A model generated the notes under the pieces. The model searched no databases, was not told the DNA's origin, and saw only the letters and a list, made by a program, of their open reading frames with translations. A DNA stretch of 64,000 nt from Psammoneis japonica (taxonomy: Eukaryota). Both the position numbers and the translations under genes were made by a program. Location: contig QPGO01000107.1 in the NCBI GenBank assembly GCA_008632985.1, positions 124,001 through 188,000 of the forward strand, written 5' to 3'. Below are positions 1 through 13,440 of this stretch, piece after piece. The stretch's first letter is position 1, and every line of letters starts with the position of its first letter.

Positions 1-385
1 GTGACATGGTCATGGCATTGCTGACCCCAACAAGCTCAGCTTTTGCACTGCTTTGGGCACTGAGCTTCTGGTGCTTTGACGTGGCTTGCACTGCTCCGCC
101 ATCCACCATTGCAACTCCTCCTGTGTGGCTCTTGAAATTGGGGTGCACTGCAAAACGAGGCATCCACGTGCCACTTGCAGCAACTTGGAGGTCCTTTGTG
201 CTTGGTGCAGCAACTTCATTTTGTGTCTGGCTCACATGCCTGAGACAATGGACTGGCTCCCCCAATCTTCATTCACAGTGCCCAGGTCCTTTGACCTGTG
301 TGCACAATGCTGCAACAGTGGGGTGCACATTCATGCGGCCACTCTTGGGTGCAAATGGCCCCTTGGCCACCCATGCTTGTGCAGC
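1..385 (-). mobile_element. Degenerate Ty1/Copia RT/RNase H fragment
   Basis: Alignable by eye to 47900-48260 of the Copia element in this window; the minus strand encodes remnants of FAVHPxFKSHTGG...QKL...SSxxAELVGV. No TpA in this stretch. Confidence 0.8.
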
Positions 386-943
386 ATGTGACTGTCACAT
401 GCATGTCTGCAATTGCACATCCTTTGCACATCAATCATGCCACAGTTGCGATGCTCACAAAGGACAGAACAATCACACAGAGTTGGTCGGAAGTCGAAAA
501 TTGCAGGTGCAATTGATTGATGAGCTGTTGACATCTTGTGTGTCAACAGCAATCACATCTGGACAATCTGTTGTCATGAACACATTCTCCGAAAGGCCTT
601 TTGTCTGCAGAAGCAGCACAGAAGCTTGCTTCAGGCCATTGAGAACTCATTCGGAGAAACCAAAAATCACAGAGTGAAATTTAATCTCACAATTTCCACT
701 TTTCGTGCTTCACTCTGCTTTTGTTTGTGCTGTTCTTCAAGCACAGTGCATTGTGCATGCACACCACAGAAGGCAAACACATGGAAAATGAAAATTTCAA
801 CCAACGTGCCTTTGCAAATTCTTCCATGAGCAGGAACGAATTGCGCCAGTTCTGCTGGAATCAATTTCCAAGTGGAAGAAGCTCAGTCCAAGCAGTGCCT
901 CAAGATGGAACACTGTTTTTTGTCTGTCTGACAAGAGGATTCG

Positions 944-2727
944 TCATGCATGACGGGCAACAGAGAGTTCATCTGAGTGGTGATCGAGGTCAGGAGGACA
1001 CTCGGCTCTCACACGAGATGCGGCAGTTGGGTCGCTGATGGGGGTTTTGTTTGAAAAGATGTGCCAGTTTTCCCTGAGGTTGTCGGCAAGGTAAAAGTCG
1101 GCTGCGGAATGGTGAAGCACACGCTCCGTGTCAGTTGCCTTGTCAATGATGTGAAGGCATGACACATGAGCAGCAACTTCGTCTGAGGTGACAGATCGAC
1201 ACTTGGACGGGTCAAAGTGCTGTCGGAGTGTAGACTTGTCCAACCACGACATGTCATTGGGGTCCAGTGGGGGAGATGACGCAACCGGGCCTTTCGTGGT
1301 GTGAACCGGAGGAGAGGCTGGCAGCTGGGCGGGAGGACCTTCCAGTGAAGAGGAAGGTTTGTGGGAATCCATGGTTTCTGACAAAGTGGGAAGGTTGGCG
1401 GTGAGAGTGCGGTTTGCCTCCCGTGACGACGGCAGGTCGGCAGACAAAGGAGGACGTGCCTTGGCAGAGCGTGATGCAGTCTTTGGCTTCTTGTTGGGGA
1501 CGGTCAAGGAAGGCTCTTGTGTGGCGAATGTGAACAATGGGACAAAATGTGGATGTGTGAGAAGACGGATGCACAAGAAACATGCGGTGACAAGGAGGGG
1601 GGGCACGCACCGTCGTACAAACAGGTGCCGTCTTTGCGGGTCCTCCCAATTTTGCGTTTGGTTTTGGATTGATGCTCTTGTTTGTTGTCATCATCCATGC
1701 AGTCAGCCCTCTGATCATGCACTCTGCATTGAAGGATTGTGAGCAACTTGCTGCACTTGGGTTGCATGCCAGGTTGTTCCTTGGGACAGTGCTTCCCAAA
1801 TTCGTGGTTCAACATGGAATTTGTTTTTTCTTCATGCGCCTCCCGACGGGCAAGGGAATCACCAGCCACCGTCACTTTGTTCTTCATGTTGCCGATTTGG
1901 TCTGGAGCAAGGTGTTCCTCAGTGTTGTCCACCTGAGAGCCTGGGTCGTTAGAATCGCGTGGCACAAGAAAGCTGTTGATGAACAGGCACCACTCCTTTT
2001 GCGATTGGACATGATGAAAAATCTGCATGAACCAGCAGTCGAAGTCATTTTGTTTGCACTGAATGTGACGCGTCACGATTTCGGTGACAAAAAATGCACC
2101 GTGGAGGTCTTGTGCACGGTCGTCGATCAGTTTTTTGAGATTGTCTTCCTTTAGAAACCGGAAACAAGGCTTGCCGGAAACGGGATCATTTGGGTCGTCA
2201 CCGGCAACATCAGTGTGGACAAATTCTGCCATGGCTTTGATGTCGCGGCGAAGATTCACACGGTGCTCTTCTTGTTGAACTGTCTCTCTGGGCATTTTGG
2301 AGAAACAGAGAGCTTCATCCAAATTTCGACAACGAAGGTGGTGTTGACCTTTCAGCGAGCGGGATTTCTTCAGGGACCAACCACGAGTCTTGATGTGAGA
2401 CCAAAAGTCAGGGCATCCAAGAGTTTTCCTGATGACACTGTTGGCGCGGATGACTTCTGTGACATGTGGAATTCAACGTAGCTTCAGCTTGTGGCAAAGG
2501 AAGGGAAGAGCAAGAAATTGCGGAGAGGAAGTCCATTTCATCGATTCCAAAAACTGCTTTTTGGATGCACGCGTTGAAATCATGCTTTTGAGCTTGGGAC
2601 CAAACAACTCCATTCCAAAACCATTGGCAAAATGTTCTGTGTCATCAAAATCACATTCATCAGGAAATTGGAAGGAAGGATTGGGGTCGACATCGTCGTG
2701 AGATGGGGTGAAGTCATTGACCGCCAT
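944..2727 (-). pseudogene. Hypermutated ORF relic of unknown function, probably transposon-borne
   Basis: Co-oriented protein-like ORF pieces (2473-2727, 1504-2322, 944-1606), nearly Tyr-free and Cys/His-rich, inside a TpA-depleted block. No family recognised. Confidence 0.35.
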
Positions 2728-3962
2728 GGCAAGAGGTCAGTTGTGATTTGCGTAGAAAGTGCGTGGATGACAACAGTGCATGCTCAGGTGGAAAGCAGTT
2801 TGGGGAGAGGATGTGCTGTTGTGAATTGCGCAGATGATTGCGCATGTAGAATGAGCACCCGAAGCAGGGTGGCACAGAAATTCCGGAAGTTGCTGGAAAA
2901 ATGATGCTGGAAATGTGCGTGAGGGAGACTGGAGCATGCCGAACAGCAGAGGACATGCCAGTCGACACGGTGGGGTGTGATGATGCGGAGATGTTAAAAA
3001 CCAAAATCAAAGACATCGGCTCAACACAAATGTGACATTGAGATCAAATGGAAATTTACAAAATCCAATGAAAGCCAAAATCAAATTAAATTGTCAAGAA
3101 CGACCAAACACAAACAGACAACAAATGTCGGCATTGAACAGATTTAACAAGTTCAGTGTGTTGCTTCAATTTGAGTGCGAAAACAACAATTGAAGGTGCA
3201 ACAAAATTAACTACAATTGGCAACATTCGTGTGTAGAAAATTGAAAACCACTGCATTGCCGCCTCTGATGAGCATTTTGCCATCATTTTTTCTTTGTTGG
3301 AGTGGGTGCCTTCTGTGTTGCCGGTGCAACCCGCTTCAGACCAATTTTTTGGAGTCGAGCCCCCCTGCTGCAGGGCACAGAGAGGGCACATTTTGCCTCT
3401 TTCCCCCCCTCTGAATCCCAGCCCATTTGCCTGTTGCCATTGCAGTCACACAGAACTGGGCAGCTCCCAAACTCATGCCTGCAGCTTGCCGGGTGTGCGC
3501 CAAATCGGCGCCTCGTGCAGCCTGTCAGCTGCGCCCCTTGTTGCTCTCGAAGCTCCTCCTTTGTTTGCCTGGCAGCAGCTCATTCTCCATGGTTGAATGA
3601 TCAACAGTGTTGATGCAAATGAGAGCTGCAACTAAAAGAAAATGATGTGTCATTGGCAAACCACTGCATGCTGCAGCGCTTTTGCAAAATTGCGTGGGGG
3701 GGGGGGGGGGGGGCACTTGCACGTGCTAAAATGCAGCAAACACACAACATTGAATTTTTCGCGAAAAATGCTCAAAAAGTCATTTTCGCGATATTTCCCG
3801 CAACTTTCTGGTTTCTGGCCTTGCATGGAGAAAACGAACGAAAAAGCGCAAATCGTCGCAATCCACAACCACCCATGCACGCACCATCATCGCATCAAGC
3901 GACCCGAGAGACCGTCCAACAGGAGATCAGGTATCGGCGAATAATCAGTACAGGAAAGCACC

Positions 3963-5051
3963 ATGGAGGACGTATCTGAAGACGGTGGCGGTGATCACGG
4001 CATGGAAGACATGTCAAAAAAGGAGCAAAATCAAGAAGAAGCCATGGAACAGACGACAAAAATGATGGCGAAAACCGCCATGGACTCTGCCACCATGAAC
4101 GAAGAGGAGGAAGAAGAAACCGAACGTTCGCCAGAAGTAAAGGCTCGCTTAGAACAACTGCGGGAACTTGATAATGATCGCAATGAAATTATGGAATCCT
4201 ATCTGAAAGAACGGGCAGAACTTGAACAAAAGTATAGCTCGCTCTGCAAACCATTGTACGACAAACGAGCCGAGATTGTGAATGATGACGAGAAAGGGAT
4301 TCCAATGTTTTGGGTCCAAACCATGCAACAAATGCCAGTAATGGGTCTCGTTACGAATTCAGATGTGGATTGTCTCAAACACCTAACCGACGTCCAATGC
4401 CGTGATTTTGAAGACGGTGGTGGCTTTGAACTATCGTTTCATTTTGAACCAAACGAGTACTTTACGAATGACGTGCTGACCAAACGATATGAGGTCCCCA
4501 ACCTTCTCACTGCAGATGAACCCATTCTCAAAAATGTTGTGGGGTGCAAGATTGAATGGAAGGCTCCCGGGAAAGCTTTGACATTTCGACAAGTGACCAA
4601 GAAGCAACGAATCAACTCGGGACCCAACAAGGGTAAAGTTCGAACGGTGCAGAAACGAGAGCGACAGGAATCATTCTTTCATTTCTTTGAACCTCCGCGA
4701 ATGCCGTCCATGAAGGACATGGACGAGCAACAAGCCAATAAATTGGAAGAGGCTTTTGAACAAGATTACGATGTGGCCCAAGCGTTCCGTTCTCACATTA
4801 TTCCAAAAGCTGTTCTCTGGTTTACTGGCGAGGTGAGTCATTGTTTCTTACGCCAAACTTAGACCCAAACGAAGTACGATGTCATGTTGTGTGGAAACCA
4901 AAAACTGAATTTTTTGCACGAAATTCTTCTTATATAGGCACTAATGAGCGATATGGAATATATGATGAATGACCAGTCGTGGCCTGAGGGAAGTGATCCT
5001 TTTCCTCCGCCAGCAAGTGGTGATGAGAATCCGGAATGCAAACAGAACTAA
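3963..5051 (+). CDS. NAP1: Nucleosome assembly protein 1 (NAP family); exons 3963-4832 and 4938-5051
   Basis: NAP motifs KGIPMFW, FHFEPNEYFTNDVLTKRY, GCKIEWK, ESFFHFF, IIPKAVLWFTGE. Phase-0 GT..AG intron at 4833-4937. Exon 2 ends ENPECKQN*, like the NAP1 CKQQ tail. Confidence 0.93.
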
Positions 5052-5366
5052 GGTAGAGCTGAGTTATGCTGTAGTGCTCTAGTGGAGACAGAGAGCTCCC
5101 AGAAGCATGACAGGACTCTTATATGGCTCTAGAGAGTACCGTAGAGAGCTTCCAAAAGCTTGGAAAGTAGAGAAATTCTATTGTAGAATCAATCCGCACA
5201 ACCAAATCAACAGCAGAGAGAAGAGGGGCAGATGACATTTCGAGCTATCGACATCGTAAATTACAGTAAAAGAAAAACCTCGAGGTGGAAGCGCGCGAAG
5301 ATCATATTTGCGCGCATCTCTTCAAGATTTCAGATTCCTCGTCATCTTCAATCTTCGCCATGGCCG

Positions 5367-6620
5367 ATGGCAACCGCTGCCACCTTCGCACGTAAGGTTC
5401 GTTCTATTGTTTCTGGAACTCGTGCCATGAGCAACACCCGGGGAACTTCGAAACGCTCATCAGTGGGTAGTATCACTCCTCAAAGTAGGGCGACCCAGCG
5501 TCCGAGGAGATCGGCTAGACTGTCGTCGGACGGGTGGTCTACTGTGAATCCAACATTATTAGAGACGCCTACTCGACCACGCGCAGCTAAAGCTCTTCCC
5601 GCAGTAGCTGTTACTCCGGACCAGGAATGTACTATTGTCTTGTCTGTATTGGAAGCTCCGTCTGACTTTTCTTTGTCACAAGCTATTTGTTCGTATGGTT
5701 ATTTTGGCCTGGCTCCAAACAAGTGGCAGCCTGCCGATTCAAAGAAACACGACGATGACGGTATCTTTGAACGACCCTTGGTATTTGGAACCACAAATGA
5801 TGAAGAGTTTGCCGCATTGATTCGAGTCGAGCAGAGCTCTTGTAAAAGACAGCTCAAAATCATGGTGACGGGAGGAACTGTGCCGGGGACTCTTGGAGAA
5901 AAGGAACAAATCATTACACAAGTCAAGCGCATGGTGCGTTTTGACTGGTCACCGCAAGAGTTCTGGAACATGAACAAACAAGCCAAGGAACGTGGTTACG
6001 GACGAACGTTTCGCAGTCCGACTTTATGGGAAGATATGGTCAAGACTTTGACGAATTGCAACATGCAATGGAGTGGTACGGTGCAAATGAACCGGCAAAT
6101 GTGCTCGGAATTGGGACACGTTTGTAGCGATAACGGGAGCAATCAAGTGGCGGCATTTCCCACGCCACGACAAGTTCTAGATTTTGGTCCCGAAAGGCTC
6201 AAAGCACACTGCAGAGTGGGTTACCGGGCACCGTGGATAGTTGAATTGGCATCCAAGTTTGTCAACAAAGAGCTTGATGCAACTTGGATCGAAAACGACA
6301 GCGTCTGCAACGAAGAGTTGTTTCAGACGCTCTCGTCACTCAAGGGCTTTGGGAATTTTGCAAGCTCCAATGTTATGCAACTTCTTGGGAGATACAATGT
6401 TTTCCCATTGGACACAGAAACAACGCGTCTCTTTCGTGAAGAATTCGGTGTTGCGAAAAGTGTGCCGCCCCCAAAGGTGCATCAACAGGCACGTGATCAC
6501 TACGATCAGTTTGCACCTTATCAGTTCCTCGCCTACTGGTTTGATCTATGGCGGAATTATGAGCAGAGGAAAAACCTGTTGAGTCCAAGATGGGAGGTGG
6601 AAACTTGTACCTCGTTGTAG
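5367..6620 (+). CDS. HhH-GPD superfamily DNA glycosylase-like protein (AlkA/OGG1-like fold)
   Basis: Motifs FSLSQAICSYGYFGLAPNKW, GRTFRSPTLWEDMVK, FPTP, VGYRA, HhH LKGFGNFAS, and FPLD with the catalytic-position Asp. Start codon uncertain (5232, 5367 or 5427). Confidence 0.8.
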   Translation: MATAATFARKVRSIVSGTRAMSNTRGTSKRSSVGSITPQSRATQRPRRSARLSSDGWSTVNPTLLETPTRPRAAKALPAVAVTPDQECTIVLSVLEAPSDFSLSQAICSYGYFGLAPNKWQPADSKKHDDDGIFERPLVFGTTNDEEFAALIRVEQSSCKRQLKIMVTGGTVPGTLGEKEQIITQVKRMVRFDWSPQEFWNMNKQAKERGYGRTFRSPTLWEDMVKTLTNCNMQWSGTVQMNRQMCSELGHVCSDNGSNQVAAFPTPRQVLDFGPERLKAHCRVGYRAPWIVELASKFVNKELDATWIENDSVCNEELFQTLSSLKGFGNFASSNVMQLLGRYNVFPLDTETTRLFREEFGVAKSVPPPKVHQQARDHYDQFAPYQFLAYWFDLWRNYEQRKNLLSPRWEVETCTSL

Positions 6621-7084
6621 TTTTAAACTGCTTCTACGGCACCGGATAACTGAGTGATCAGGACAGGCGATCCATTGACCCATCAATGAGTACAGATAGA
6701 GTTCATCTCAAACTAACTTGACCCGCTTTCGTCTCTACCTCGTCTCTCACGAGCTCGTCGTTCATTTTCTCAGGACGTCCCTACATAGTACTCTAGCTAG
6801 AGTGAGTTCGTCTTCCCCTTCTTAGTGTGTAGGTGTTCCTCTACATAATATCATAACGGGCACAAAGGTACGGTAGCATTCTCCCACCCCTGACCAGGTG
6901 AAACAGAAATTGTTGTGCTCAAAGCGCAAACGCGCGGTCGCTCGCGCCCCAGCGCAAACCGCGGAAAACCCAGAACGAGGAAAAAAAGGAACAAAAGCAC
7001 TTCACTGTAGTAGCAAAAACAAAGCAAAGGCTGTCTGGTCTCAGGATAGTGCATTATTGTGTCGTCGCCATATTGTCGTGGTCA

Positions 7085-7888
7085 ATGGCATTTACCCTCT
7101 CATTGATTCCCAGTCCCCGACTGTTTCTCATGCTGGTCGGTGTTTCGTTACGGTCGCGATCATTTGCATTTCAAAACATCGCAAGAATGGCTCCAAAACG
7201 AATAAGCGCGAGTGTGTTGAACGTTGCCGAGAAGAAACAAAAGACAATTTCAAGTTACTTTACATCGAATCATTCATCCAAAAGTAAAACGAATGCATCT
7301 ACAAAAGACATTTGTGACTCGGGTACTGACTACAAGATTTACTGTGACTTGGACGGTGTCCTTTGTGATTTCGATACGGGTGTGAAGGAATTGTTCAACG
7401 GCCGTGGTCCGGACCAAGTGCCCAATCAAGGAGCAATGTGGGGTGCTATTCATAAAAAGGAAGGTTTTTATACTCACTTGCCATGGATGTCAGATGGAAA
7501 AGATTTATGGAATGCCATTCGTCACAAAAATCCTCAAGTATTGACGGGCGTCCCCGTCTCCAAAAAAAGCAGAGCCGAAAAGGCGGCGTGGTGTGCTCGT
7601 GAGCTAGGGGTTACCACGAATCATGTGGATATGGCGGCACCCAAGAGAGGGCATATGCCAGTATCGGGGCGAATAAAGGATGGGGTCGTCAATGTCTTTA
7701 CTTGTTGGAGCCGTAACAAGCATCTTGAAAGTGGCAAAGGTGTGGTATTAATTGACGATCGAGAATCACTTTCCGAGAAATGGGAAGAGGCAGGTGGGAT
7801 TTTTATTCATCACATTGATACCGTAACAACCTTGAAGAAACTAAGACACCATGGCATTCTGGAAAAGGGGAAGGTGAGCCGAAGATAA
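7085..7888 (+). CDS. HAD-superfamily 5'(3')-deoxyribonucleotidase-like phosphatase
   Basis: HAD motif I IYCDLDGVLCDF, motif II VLTG, motif IV VLIDD. Hydrophobic N-terminus ending SFAF may be an organelle presequence. Start uncertain. Confidence 0.8.
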   Translation: MAFTLSLIPSPRLFLMLVGVSLRSRSFAFQNIARMAPKRISASVLNVAEKKQKTISSYFTSNHSSKSKTNASTKDICDSGTDYKIYCDLDGVLCDFDTGVKELFNGRGPDQVPNQGAMWGAIHKKEGFYTHLPWMSDGKDLWNAIRHKNPQVLTGVPVSKKSRAEKAAWCARELGVTTNHVDMAAPKRGHMPVSGRIKDGVVNVFTCWSRNKHLESGKGVVLIDDRESLSEKWEEAGGIFIHHIDTVTTLKKLRHHGILEKGKVSRR

Positions 7889-8422
7889 TGTTGTCGTACA
7901 ATAATAACATTGCGAGGAGAGGAATAAATTCAACTCCTTCCTTTGCGTTATTGCGCGCTATGCAGGATGTTGCGGGAAAAAGCAGAGACTTCAGCTGAAT
8001 CCCCTTTAAACAGAAGAACAACTGGTGATGGTTTGCTTAATAGAAAGAAGCAGAAGGTAGAGGTGAGTCAGCCTATGGCATTGTAACTGTCGGCACGCGA
8101 AACCAGTCTCTCACCACCGCGTGAACATCACTTGTGTTGCAGGACTCCACAGAGAAGGACTCAGTTGATAATTGCTGATATTGAGAAAAGAAGAATCATA
8201 GGGCTGGTGAGAGTTCTCCACCTGAAAATAGACTAAACGACATTCCGGTTGAAACGAATTCTTCAGTGTAGAATTATGGGGTCTCGGCGTTTCAGCCTAG
8301 AAAAATTTGCCAGTTGAGCAATGCAGAATCTACCACCACTGTACCAAAACGTCTAGGAGAAGCGGGTGCAAACGATATCTAAAACATTAGAGGATTGTCA
8401 CTGCAGTATCCTACACTGTCTG

Positions 8423-9085
8423 CTATGAACGTTTTCGCTTTTCTCCTCCGCGTTGACCTTCGCTCTTTCGTCGTTTCTTCTTTATCTTTGCGTCTAGATT
8501 CCCAATAGGTGCAGCTGCTGCTACCTCATCCATTTCATCTCCCAAATTATTTGAATTTCCCCGACCTTTCACGTACTGCTCGTATCTTCGAAGCAATTCT
8601 TCGTCTGATATGTGTTGTTTCTTGGCGCGTTCTCCGGCTTTTCCGTCCGTGTATGCGTGTAGGGCAGATTCCCATGTAGATGCAACATTCTTGTTGAAAT
8701 CTCCAAAAGATCGCCTCCCCACCAAATTTGATTTGATCCCGTACATATCAGAAGCCGTAGCAACTTGCGGTAAAGTGCTGTCACCTTTATTATCGCAATC
8801 TGATGATTCGCCACCGGACAAATCGTCGTCGTCCACTTGCATCGTGTCTTGCGTTTTTCTCTCGGGGTGCTTTTTCGTTGGGTCGGATTGACTACCTCGT
8901 CGTTGCATAAATCTCATCCCCATTGTCGCACCCGAGAGCTTCTTTTTTGGTGTATTGCTTCCGTTTGGGGGGCGAGTGTCGTCGTCCTTGGTGGATGTCA
9001 CATCCATGGGCGTTGTTGTATTCTGATATGTTCCTTCATGATTGTTTGACGGCGGCGACGGCTTTGCAGTCCCCGGTTTCCACAT
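8423..9085 (-). CDS. MPP6: M-phase phosphoprotein 6-like exosome cofactor
   Basis: KLSGATMGMRFMQR and GRRSFGDFNK match the two conserved MPP6 motifs; ISDEEL and a basic C-terminus follow. Confidence 0.8.
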   Translation of the reverse strand: MWKPGTAKPSPPSNNHEGTYQNTTTPMDVTSTKDDDTRPPNGSNTPKKKLSGATMGMRFMQRRGSQSDPTKKHPERKTQDTMQVDDDDLSGGESSDCDNKGDSTLPQVATASDMYGIKSNLVGRRSFGDFNKNVASTWESALHAYTDGKAGERAKKQHISDEELLRRYEQYVKGRGNSNNLGDEMDEVAAAAPIGNLDAKIKKKRRKSEGQRGGEKRKRS

Positions 9086-10179
9086 GCTAAATCAAGGCAA
9101 AGGAAGCCTTTTCTAGTTGAATAATTTGATGATGACAATGGTGAAGCTAGGTTATCAACGTCAGATAGAGACAAACCACAAAATGGAAGAAACAAATGAA
9201 ACGAAAAGCAATAACAGCAGGAACACTCCCGGCTTGGGAGGTCTGTAATTGGTACGGGAAGAAGAAGAAGAGAAAGACCTCCCACGGATCGTTACATTTT
9301 TCAGTATGAGGCTACGACTAGCATAAACGTACCTGTTATACCGGTCAGACATTTTGTATTAGATTTTATGTACGCCTTTATTTAATGATAACGGTTATTG
9401 CCAAAACAAATAGCAGGTTTTACATGTGTATCATATACAAATGTCTCACAAAAGTCCATACCTTTCAACTATTTAGATGTTTTTGTAGATGTTACACATT
9501 CAACCGTCGATACTCCGTTTGTCAACTCCGTCTTTGAATAATACTTCATATATGCTCGTATGTTTGATTAAATTTGCGTGGCGGGCGTGGGCATGACCTT
9601 CATTTGAATTCGTACTTAAGAAGAGTCATTCTATGTATTGCCTCAGCATTTTCTTCGTTAAGTGCGTAGAACAGTACAAATCTTACGCAAAAAGTCATAT
9701 GCAGTCATTCAACATTCTTGTATATTCGTCATTAATAAATCATATCAATGTTTTTTATATGTCAATGATTATATCATATTGCATTTTATGCTAGTCGAAG
9801 CCCCATACTGCTGAGCTAATCTGGCCAGTTAGCAAAAATCAAAAAGCGGAGAACGACTTACAGACCAATTTTTTGTACCAGCCTCTACACATTTTTCTCG
9901 TAGACACCATGGCGCTGTTGCGTCGTTTGCACCGTCGTCGTCACGTCTTTTTATGGGGTGAGTTATGCATAAGATTCATGTTCTTTGTCCATGTCATGTG
10001 TAAGCGTTGGCCCAGTCTCGATAAGTGCCGTGCGTGTTGCAAAATGTGTCGTCGACTGAAGTGGTGTGATGACTCGTTTTTTTGTCATCCTTTGACTTTG
10101 TTTCTTTTGTTTTACCTTCTTTTTTGGTTTGTGCTCCAATGCATAGCATTTTATTGTCACAACATAAGCATGAGTAATG

Positions 10180-13100
10180 GGTGACAGAGTGTGAGTCGAG
10201 TTGTCACCCTGGCAATGTGCGTTTGTGGTTGTCACATTGTCTGGTGGTGTGCTCGTTCTTTGTTTTGTGGCTCGTCGTTCCTTTGACTTCTTTCGCTCTT
10301 GTGGTGTCAGCTCTTGCCCCTTGTTTTGCCTTGTCTTTTGACATGTCAACAACATTGGATGGAGGAGTGAAATTGAAGTCTTTCAAGTTGATGCAACACT
10401 CCTCTTTGTTGCATCTGGATTTGGAATGCCTGGAAACGACGCTTGACCAACCCGAGCGCGCTGAGACTCGGGCTCGTTCTGGATTGATGGACAAGATGCT
10501 CCTTCATGTGCTTTTCCCACGTCCTGCTAAAAGTTTCAACAGCACATGTGTCCGTTCCAAGGGATGCCAGACCGACCAAATCATTGCCTGCAGGATGTTC
10601 TTGTGGACGTGTTCCAGCCGCACGTGACCCAAATCGTGCACAAAAACGACATTTGCGCGATTTTTGCGCGGTCTCTGACTTACGAACGGTTTTTCACCAC
10701 CAAAAGTATAGATTTATTCAAATTCTAATGTTTTGCAACACTGACAAGACTCGTGTGAGTGTTGCAAAATCATTGTCATTGTGCCATCAATGTTTTTCAT
10801 TGCGACAAACGAATCGTAACACAACGGATGATTTTCGGCGAAATTATTGCCGTCATTTGGATGTCAACTAAACATGTCTTTCTAAGATGCTTTTTCCTAC
10901 ATTTGCTGCTTACAAAGAAATTTCTGCACAAAGAGCACTGACGTACAATCAGCATTGAGTCTGCTGAGGAAGTTTGTGACACATGTCCCATTGGGAATGT
11001 GACACCCCACAAAAAACTGTTTAATTCTTCATAATCACACATGCTCTAGACGCCTGTAAAAGCCAATCCGCTTAAGTGTTTTATGTGAAAATACTTCATT
11101 CACTTTTAGATGCACAATTTACATTCAAAATCGATTGTCGTTTTGTGTGTCACCTGGGACTGGAACACGTCTGTGCCGAGTTCTTTTTAAAGGCAGCACA
11201 CGAGAGGTTCTTTTCGGTGTCGAACTGGTTGTTGGAAGGGAAGCACAACATGCTTTTCGATGAATTTCATTTGTGCTTGTGTCTGCTTTTGGCAAGTGCC
11301 TTCTGGAGGCTTTTCCAAGACGCACCTGATTTCTGATTGCACTTGGGCGATCCGCTCTTGTTGGCTCTCCAAGAATGCTCAACCATTTGTCTTGTCTGCT
11401 TCATTTTGGATTCCCAGCCTTTTGAAAACAATTGTTTGGGAGCCTTGGGTGATCGCATGATTGTGGGATCATGTCATTTCAACAAGAATGGCGAAACACA
11501 CCCAGTGGCCCACTCCATTGTCACGCTCAATGAAGACGGAAAGGTGGGGATCCGCGTGCAGCAAATTTGATGGCCGCTGCTTCTGCAAAGTCAGCTCAGT
11601 TTTGACACTTGACAAAGATTCTCTCCCCTCAGTGGCTGCATTTTGCTCCTGTGATTTGTCGCTTTTACATGAACCCCGTTGCGCGGGAGTTGACTAAATC
11701 CTGTTCAGTGCTGTGCAACAAACGACAATGCATCGGCGCCATGGTGAGCATCAGCGGGGAGCGATGCATCGCGAGGTGCTTTGCACAAGCACCAAGGCCA
11801 CGTAGAATTTAATGTGGCACGTAGAAATTGCGTAGAAAAATTTGCTGGCCAGACAGAAAAGTGTGACGCTCCGTGGGAGTGCAGCAGGAAAAACAATGTG
11901 GAATGACGGGTTCTGTGTCGGTCTGTCGATCGGCAAATTTTGGCGCACATGGTCTGTCCACATGTCCGATTTTGAGTGGCTGCGGCGTGACGCTGTGCGG
12001 GACGATGACTCGTGGGTGCAATGACCAGACAAGGCAGCACATTGCCCACCCAGGTTTCACTGTTGTGGAGGACCTGGAGCAGGTCCCGGTGACCAAGATC
12101 AGTGACATGCTGAAGAAGGTTGTCATGAAGCAGCAGCAGATCTGGCTGTCAACCCTCAGGTGCAGTTCCCCCGCACCTTGCAAACCACAAGCTCAAGGCC
12201 TTGCATGCACATGGGCAGACTGCCAGGACGGTGCAAGATCAAGCTCCAATGCTGCTGTGCATGCCAGTGATGTCATTGCCAAGTGATGGGGGTGGCATGT
12301 CTTGCTCAACTGGAGAGCAGCTGAAGTCAGCAGATGAAAACGGCAGCTCAAAAACAGCGCTGTTCTTGTTGAGCTCAAGCACCTCTTTGACTCGCCTTTC
12401 AAGAGTTGTTGGAGAGACCAAGCTGCACCATCATGGGGGGGGGGGCACTTGTTTGCCTCATTGGGGGGAACATGAGTCAGTGGCCAACATGCTTTGGCTC
12501 CAGGTGGGACACTGCACTGCTGAGCTGCAATGTCGACAGTTTCTTGGATTGTGCCACATGTTTTTAGCGCACGTGTTTCTGCGCGACATTTGCAGAATTT
12601 TGTGTCATTTGTGGTGCAATTGTTGGGTGATCCATTCAACAACTTTCATCATTTTTTGCTTCTCTGACATCTTGCTCAAATGTCTTAAGAATGGTGTGAT
12701 GCAGGTGGTTTTCAAAAACTCAGAGTGCAGAAAGGTGTGAATGCACCACAAACATTTGGTTGTTCATTTGAGTGTCAAAGACAAATGCAGCACCTGTCAA
12801 CCAGAATGCAAGCTGCAGAACTTGCACATGGAGTTCTGCAGGCAATGTCACATTGAGCCCCACCCAGGCACTTGCAGGATTGCAAGTGTCTCTGTGACAC
12901 ACTCAAGAAACTGGTGATGGATGGGCCCAGATGGGCCTTTGCCAAGCCATTGAAGCACACTCATGATGGTCGCGGTGTGTCATGAGACGATTCTGTGCCT
13001 CCAATTGTCATTGATTGGGATTCTTCCAATGAGGGTGGAAGGGGTCTGGGGATGAGCGGTTGTCACAACAACCGCAGGTCAGCCGAACACCATTGTGACA

Positions 13101-13440
13101 ACACAGAGCTTGTGTCTTCATGAAACGAACTTCGCCCACAAAGTTTCATCTGGCAACTGACAAGATGATTCCCAGTCATTTTGTCTCATGCTTTTCAATT
13201 TTGTGAAAGTTTTTGTGCACAATGACTGGCACAAAATGAGCAAGTGAGGTTGGCACAAATTCTGCACATTTCCGGGTTTTTTGACAAAAAAAGGTGGTTG
13301 CCATTGAGTGCGGTTACACAAGAAGGGCTTGTGCACATCACACCAACAATGACTCTTCATTTGCAAACAGTTGAGCCAGTCAAGCTGGTTGGTTTCACAT
13401 CTTTGATCAAAAATGACTCTTCTCAAATGCAAATCCGAGC
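10180..13440. repeat. Degenerate TpA-depleted repeat/TE debris, unclassified
   Basis: TpA nearly absent apart from patches at ~10680-11130; no recognisable intact domain. Confidence 0.4.

Noticed and set aside
3696..3713. Poly-G run as a functional boundary element
   Set aside because: Similar G runs occur inside the debris (~12435, ~35577); there is no evidence of function.
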